NCBI GenBank assembly: GCA_038231435.1
Contig: JBBRLJ010000017.1
Coordinates: 1-64,000, forward strand
Direction of reading: 5' to 3'
DNA: 64,000 nucleotides
DNA from: Planctomycetota bacterium
GTDB taxonomy: Bacteria; Planctomycetota; UBA11346
Positions 59,684 through 64,000 of the stretch are shown piece after piece. A program made the position numbers and the translations under genes. The notes under the pieces are model-generated. The model made no database searches and had not been told where the DNA came from. It worked only from the letters and a program-made list of their open reading frames with translations. Numbering within the stretch: position 1 is the stretch's first letter; each line of letters opens with the position of its first letter.

Positions 59684-60754
59684 ATGAGATCCCGCACCTG
59701 CGTGATCGCGGGCGTCGCGTGCCTGGTGGCGGCGCAGCTGCTGGCCAGCTTCCCGCTGGCGCGGGCGCGCCAGTCGCTGGTGCCGAACCACGAGATCTAC
59801 GAGGCCCTCACCCCCGGCGAGTTCGCCGGCACGCTGATGCTGGGTGGTTTTCGCGGGCTCGCCTGCGACCTGCTGTGGATCCGCGCCGACAACGCCAAGG
59901 AGTTGGGCCACTACTACGAGAGCCTGGCGCTGTTCCAGGCGATCAGCCGCATCCAGCCGCGCTTCGAGCAGATCTGGACGTACATGTCATGGGACATGGC
60001 GTACAACATCGGCCACGAGGTCGAGGACGAAGATACCAAGTGGACGTGGATGCTCGCGGGCATCCAGACCAACGTGCGCGGCTGCCTGCGCAATCCCACC
60101 AGCGAACGCGTGCTGCGCCACCTCGCCTGGATGTTCAACCATCGCGGCGACCTCTTCAAGTCGCGCATCGAGGCGACGGCGTGGGAACCGCTGCTCGGTC
60201 CGGTGATTGACAATGTCAACCGCGAGCTGCCAGAGGCCAAGCGCGTGCCGCCGTTCCCGCGCGGGCCCGGCGCGAAGGGAGAGGGGCTGGGCAACTTCCG
60301 CATCTCCGCCGTGATCTATCGCGCAGCGGTTGCGCTCGCCGAGGCGCGCGGCATCGATCAGTCGCAATTCGTGCGGCGCATGGTGCCGCTCGCCATCGAG
60401 AGCGACGGCAATCTGGCGCGCAACGGCGGCCATCATCTGGCCGCGCTGCGGATCTGGATCGAGGCGCTCAAGGAATGGCAGCGGGTGCGTGCATACTACG
60501 ATGCCGTCACCGGCGATGATGAGGACAAGACGCGGCGTGAGTTCGGCATCGACAGCTACGAACGCAACGAAGGCCATCTGCGCCGCAAGACCGCCGAACT
60601 CGCCCGCCAGCTGGCTCCTGATCCCGCCGAGGGCGAGCGGTTCGCCTCGGCGGTGCTGGAGCGGCGATTCACCGAAGCCCTGGGCATGCTCGAACATCAG
60701 GGCTGGCTGGCCAGCGCGCGGCACGGGCACATCCACTGGCTCGACGAGCGATGA
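59684..60754 (+). CDS. Membrane-anchored helical/TPR-like protein associated with the ABC-2 module
   Basis: N-terminal TM, LGGFRGLACDLLW, QPRF..W....W..AYN. Confidence 0.7.
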   Translation: MRSRTCVIAGVACLVAAQLLASFPLARARQSLVPNHEIYEALTPGEFAGTLMLGGFRGLACDLLWIRADNAKELGHYYESLALFQAISRIQPRFEQIWTYMSWDMAYNIGHEVEDEDTKWTWMLAGIQTNVRGCLRNPTSERVLRHLAWMFNHRGDLFKSRIEATAWEPLLGPVIDNVNRELPEAKRVPPFPRGPGAKGEGLGNFRISAVIYRAAVALAEARGIDQSQFVRRMVPLAIESDGNLARNGGHHLAALRIWIEALKEWQRVRAYYDAVTGDDEDKTRREFGIDSYERNEGHLRRKTAELARQLAPDPAEGERFASAVLERRFTEALGMLEHQGWLASARHGHIHWLDER

Positions 60755-61677
60755 CGACGGGCAATTCCGCCGGCGCCTCCCAGGTCAACGGACAGGCCCT
60801 GGCGATCGGCAAATTCGACGCGCTGCATCTCGGTCACCGCGCGCTCGCCGAGCGTGCGACGACCTTCGGGCCCGCGCTGCTGCTCGGCTTCACCGGCATG
60901 GCCGAGGTGCTGGGCTGGCCGCCACGGCGCCCATTGATCGCCCCGTCCGACCGTCCGCGCGTGCTGGGGTTGTGGTCGCGCGAGCTGGGCGCGCCGATCA
61001 GCCATGCGGCGCTCGCCTTCCCCGAGATCCAGCCGCTATCGGCCGGGGAATTCCTCGATCTCGTGCGCGCGCGCTTCGCCGCCACGGCGGTGGTCGTCGG
61101 CGAGGATTTCCGCGGCGGTCGCGGGCGCTCCGCCGGCGTCGCGGAACTGCGCGAGCTCGCTGTGGTGCGCGGTCTGGCATTCGCAGCGGTGCCACCGGTC
61201 ATGCATCAGGGCGCGCCGATCTCGTCGAGCCGCGTGCGCGAGGCGCTCGCCGCCGGCGATGTCGCGTCGGCGCGGGTCCTCCTCGGCCGGCCCCATCGCC
61301 TGGTCGGCACCGTGGTGCGCGGCGACGGCCGTGGGCGCTCGATCGGCGTACCCACCGCCAATTGCGGCGAACGCGAGAACCAGGAACCCGCGACCGGCGT
61401 CTACGCCGCCATGGTCGGGGTCGGCGGTGGTGGCGAGCGCCATCCCGCGGCGGTCAACGTCGGGCGCGCGCCGACGGTGGGCCCCGATCGCCCGCTGACC
61501 GTCGAGGCGCACCTGATCGGCGCGCAGCGCGATTGCTACGGCGAGCGCATCGCGATCGACTTCATCGCCAGGCTGCGCGAGGAACGCCGTTTCCCCTCCC
61601 TGGACTCCTTGAAGACGCAGCTGGCCCTCGACATCGCCGCCGCCACGGTTGCCGTACGCTCATCAGCCGACGGTTAA
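60751..61677 (+). CDS. ribF: Bifunctional riboflavin kinase/FMN adenylyltransferase
   Basis: GKFDALHLGH, ISSSRVRE, GRSIGVPTAN, VEAHL, LREERRF. Confidence 0.93.
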   Translation: MTTGNSAGASQVNGQALAIGKFDALHLGHRALAERATTFGPALLLGFTGMAEVLGWPPRRPLIAPSDRPRVLGLWSRELGAPISHAALAFPEIQPLSAGEFLDLVRARFAATAVVVGEDFRGGRGRSAGVAELRELAVVRGLAFAAVPPVMHQGAPISSSRVREALAAGDVASARVLLGRPHRLVGTVVRGDGRGRSIGVPTANCGERENQEPATGVYAAMVGVGGGGERHPAAVNVGRAPTVGPDRPLTVEAHLIGAQRDCYGERIAIDFIARLREERRFPSLDSLKTQLALDIAAATVAVRSSADG

Positions 61678-61809
61678 CGCGCAGATACGTCACCGGATCG
61701 CCCATCACTGTTCACGCAGGGCACGAATCTCCAACGCTCCTCCCCATCGCTCGGGGCAGGCCGGTGTGAGGCTCCGGCCGATCCCGGTCAGTCCCGGTTG
61801 GTGATGCCA

Positions 61810-61839
61810 GGCCGATGTCAGGGGCCGAAGCCCCCCAAC
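61810..61839 (-). repeat. Family C hairpin repeat (partial)
   Basis: Minus strand reads GTTGGGGGGC-TTCG-GCCCCTGAC ATC GGCC. Confidence 0.65.
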
Positions 61840-61883
61840 CGAGAGCTTTGCTTGGCGCGCCGCATGGGGATGATGCTTCGCCG

Positions 61884-62957
61884 ATGAGCGAACACGCCGA
61901 TCTCGCCGCGTCCGTGCGCGAAGCGCTGCGCAGCGTGCAGGATCCCGATCTGCACAAGGATCTGGTCGCGCTCGACATGGTGCGCGACATCAGCGTGCGC
62001 GAGGGAGTGGCGCGCTTCCGGCTGGTGCTCACCACCGGCGCCTGCCCGGTGAAGCAGCAGCTCGAGGACCAGTGCCGCGCCGCGGCGCTGTCGGTGGCCG
62101 GAGTCGTGCGCGCCGAGATCGCGGTCTCGGCCGAGGTGCCGAAGGGCGCGACGATGAGCGACGTGCTTCCCGGCGTGCGTCATGTGATTGGCATCGGCTC
62201 GGGCAAGGGTGGCGTGGGCAAGAGCACGGTGACGGTGAACCTCGCCTGCGCCCTGGCCGCGGCGGGCGCGCGCGTCGGCCTGCTCGACGCCGACATCTAT
62301 GGCCCGTCGATCCCGATGATGATGGGCATCAACCAGCAGCCTTTTGTTATCAACAAGAAGCTGGTGCCGGTGGTCGGCCATGGCGTGCGCCTGATCTCGA
62401 TGGGCTTCCTGCTCGACGAGAAGCAGCCGGTGATCTGGCGCGGGCCGATGATCGTGGGCGCGCTCAAGCAGTTCATCACCGACGTCGACTGGGGCGAGCT
62501 CGACTACCTGCTGGTGGACCTGCCACCCGGCACCGGCGACATCCAGTTGACCCTGACCCAGACCGTCCCGCTCGCCGGCGCGGTGATCGTATCCACGCCC
62601 CAGGCGGTGGCGCTCATGGACGCGCGGCGCTCGGTGGCGATGTTCGCGAAGGTGAACGTGCCGATCTTCGGCATCGTCGAGAACATGAGCGAATTCGTCT
62701 GCCCGAGCTGCGGACACGTCGAATCGATCTTCGGCCGCGGTGGCGCTGAACGCGAGGCCGCGGCCCTGGCGGTGCCGTTCCTGGGCTCGGTGCCGCTCGA
62801 GCCCGGCGTTCGCGCCGCCGGCGACGACGGCACGCCGATCGTCATCAGCGCGCCGCACAGCCGCAGCGCGCTCGCCTTCCGCGCGGTCGCCGAGAAGGTC
62901 GCGCAGCGCGCGAGCATCGCGGCGCTGGAGCCGGCGAAGACCCAGCCCCTGGGATAG
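61884..62957 (+). CDS. mrp: Mrp/ApbC/NBP35 Fe-S cluster carrier ATPase
   Basis: DUF59 N-terminus (VQDPDL...CP), SGKGGVGKST, DADIYGPS, DLPPGTGD, ENMS...CPSC. Confidence 0.95.
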   Translation: MSEHADLAASVREALRSVQDPDLHKDLVALDMVRDISVREGVARFRLVLTTGACPVKQQLEDQCRAAALSVAGVVRAEIAVSAEVPKGATMSDVLPGVRHVIGIGSGKGGVGKSTVTVNLACALAAAGARVGLLDADIYGPSIPMMMGINQQPFVINKKLVPVVGHGVRLISMGFLLDEKQPVIWRGPMIVGALKQFITDVDWGELDYLLVDLPPGTGDIQLTLTQTVPLAGAVIVSTPQAVALMDARRSVAMFAKVNVPIFGIVENMSEFVCPSCGHVESIFGRGGAEREAAALAVPFLGSVPLEPGVRAAGDDGTPIVISAPHSRSALAFRAVAEKVAQRASIAALEPAKTQPLG

Positions 62958-62962
62958 ACGGA

Positions 62963-63045
62963 GAAGATGGAAGAGCGAAGAAGGAAGATGAGCATGCCCG
63001 CCAGGCTGCCTCGTCGAGCTTCCATCTTCTTCTTCTCCCGTCTCC
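62963..63045. repeat. Inverted heptamer arrays (GAAGnnn x4 followed by CTTCnnn-like units) between convergent genes
   Basis: GAAGATG GAAGAGC GAAGAAG GAAGATG, then CTTCCAT CTTCTTC and further units. Confidence 0.65.
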
Positions 63046-63050
63046 GGCAG

Positions 63051-63899
63051 TCACTCCCTGACTGCGACCTTGCACCCCGGCAGCACCAGGTCGAAGACCG
63101 CCGCGATATCCTCCTGCGCAAGCCGCACGCAACCGTGGCTGCTGCGCTTCTCCAGCCACGCGTCCGGGTGCTCGGCGGTGTAGCCATGGATGCCGATGCC
63201 CCGGAACGAAGCGTCCGGGAGCGGGTCGAAACCCATCCAGAATCCGCCGAGCACGTTTCCCGGATCCTTCGGTGCGAACAGCTTGTGGGTATCCGGATCC
63301 CGCCATTCGGGATCGCGCACGCTGACGGCGATGGTGGTGACGCCGAGCGGCGTCTCCTGCCCTGATTTCCCGACCGAGACCGGGAACGCGGCGACCAGCG
63401 TGCGGCCATGCCACACCAGCAGGCGGAACCGCGTCCGGCTCACTACCAGGGCCATGGGCACCGCCGCCGCGTCGATCAACTTGAGCGGCCGGCCGGGCAC
63501 GAGCTCGGGCCGACGATTCAGCCGCGCGATCATGCCCGCGCCGAGGCGATGCCGACGCGCGATCCCGGAGGCGGTCTCCTTCGCGGCGACCACGTGCAGT
63601 CCGACCCCGAGCCCTTCCATGCCTGGCACCAGTTCCGGCGACAGGAACACGCGGCGGCAATAGGGCGTGAGCCGATCGGCGAGCTTCGCCGCCCGCTCCG
63701 GCGTCGCCGCGATCACCACCTCGCTGCCCGCCACGATCAAGGGCACCACCCCAGCGGGATCGCGATCGGCGCGCGCGAACAGCGCCTCGAGCTCGGCTCC
63801 CGCCGCGTCCGCGCCCTCGACGAGGGAACCCGCGCCGACTCCAACGCCGATGAGGGAGCAGCCGATGAGCATAGCGATGATGACCGACGTCGCGCGCAC
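63051..63899 (-). CDS. L,D-transpeptidase (YkuD family) with a LysM-like domain
   Basis: GIHG...SSHGCVRL catalytic motif, FPVSVG..TPLG, LysM-like 'ETASGIARRH..MIARLN'; signal peptide. Confidence 0.92.
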   Translation of the reverse strand: MRATSVIIAMLIGCSLIGVGVGAGSLVEGADAAGAELEALFARADRDPAGVVPLIVAGSEVVIAATPERAAKLADRLTPYCRRVFLSPELVPGMEGLGVGLHVVAAKETASGIARRHRLGAGMIARLNRRPELVPGRPLKLIDAAAVPMALVVSRTRFRLLVWHGRTLVAAFPVSVGKSGQETPLGVTTIAVSVRDPEWRDPDTHKLFAPKDPGNVLGGFWMGFDPLPDASFRGIGIHGYTAEHPDAWLEKRSSHGCVRLAQEDIAAVFDLVLPGCKVAVRE

Positions 63900-64000
63900 G
63901 CGGCCATCCTAACGATGGATCACCTGCCCGGAAGCCGCTGGCCGCGCCAGCTAGTAGCGGTTGAGGCCGACCGGGTGCGCGAGCGGAGGTCGCGAACGGT

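Overview
A GC-rich bacterial chromosomal window that is mostly housekeeping genes. The organism is most likely a member of Planctomycetota: EF-Tu has the '[14 protein letters not shown]' switch-I variant, RpoB has 'GELSQVVDQ..LSQLTHERRLS', and there is a prepilin/H-X9-DG protein. The core block is tRNA(Thr-Tyr-Gly-Thr)-tuf-rpmG-tRNA-Trp-secE-nusG-rplKAJL-rpoBC-rpsL-rpsG, with no fusA after it. Other genes include recJ, an M16 peptidase, acnB with a divergent LysR, dapA, pdxJ, bioF, xerC, mreC, two tandem PPi-type phosphofructokinases, two PhyH dioxygenases, two sensor kinases, dnaJ-grpE, hisF, htrA, an ABC-2 module, ribF, mrp and an L,D-transpeptidase. I found no CRISPR array, prophage or transposase. 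The most unusual observations are: (1) a full-length bacterial homolog of the eukaryotic N-terminal glutamine amidase NTAQ1/WDYHV1 with an intact Cys-His-Asp triad; (2) a family of intergenic REP-like elements whose copies differ in sequence but keep one multi-stem fold through many compensatory changes, with GNA triloops on one strand, often just after stop codons; (3) a NifU-architecture protein that has lost most scaffold cysteines; (4) a CcpC-type ATAA-N7-TTAT box between lysR and acnB; (5) a response regulator with a D-to-E substitution at the phospho-site and a zinc ribbon; (6) ribosomal protein S7 with a long acidic N-terminal extension and S12 with His at the K87 position; (7) repeated TANNNT-N6/7-start codon patterns suggesting leaderless mRNAs. 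All calls come from motif recognition by eye; no searches were run, and many start codons are best guesses.
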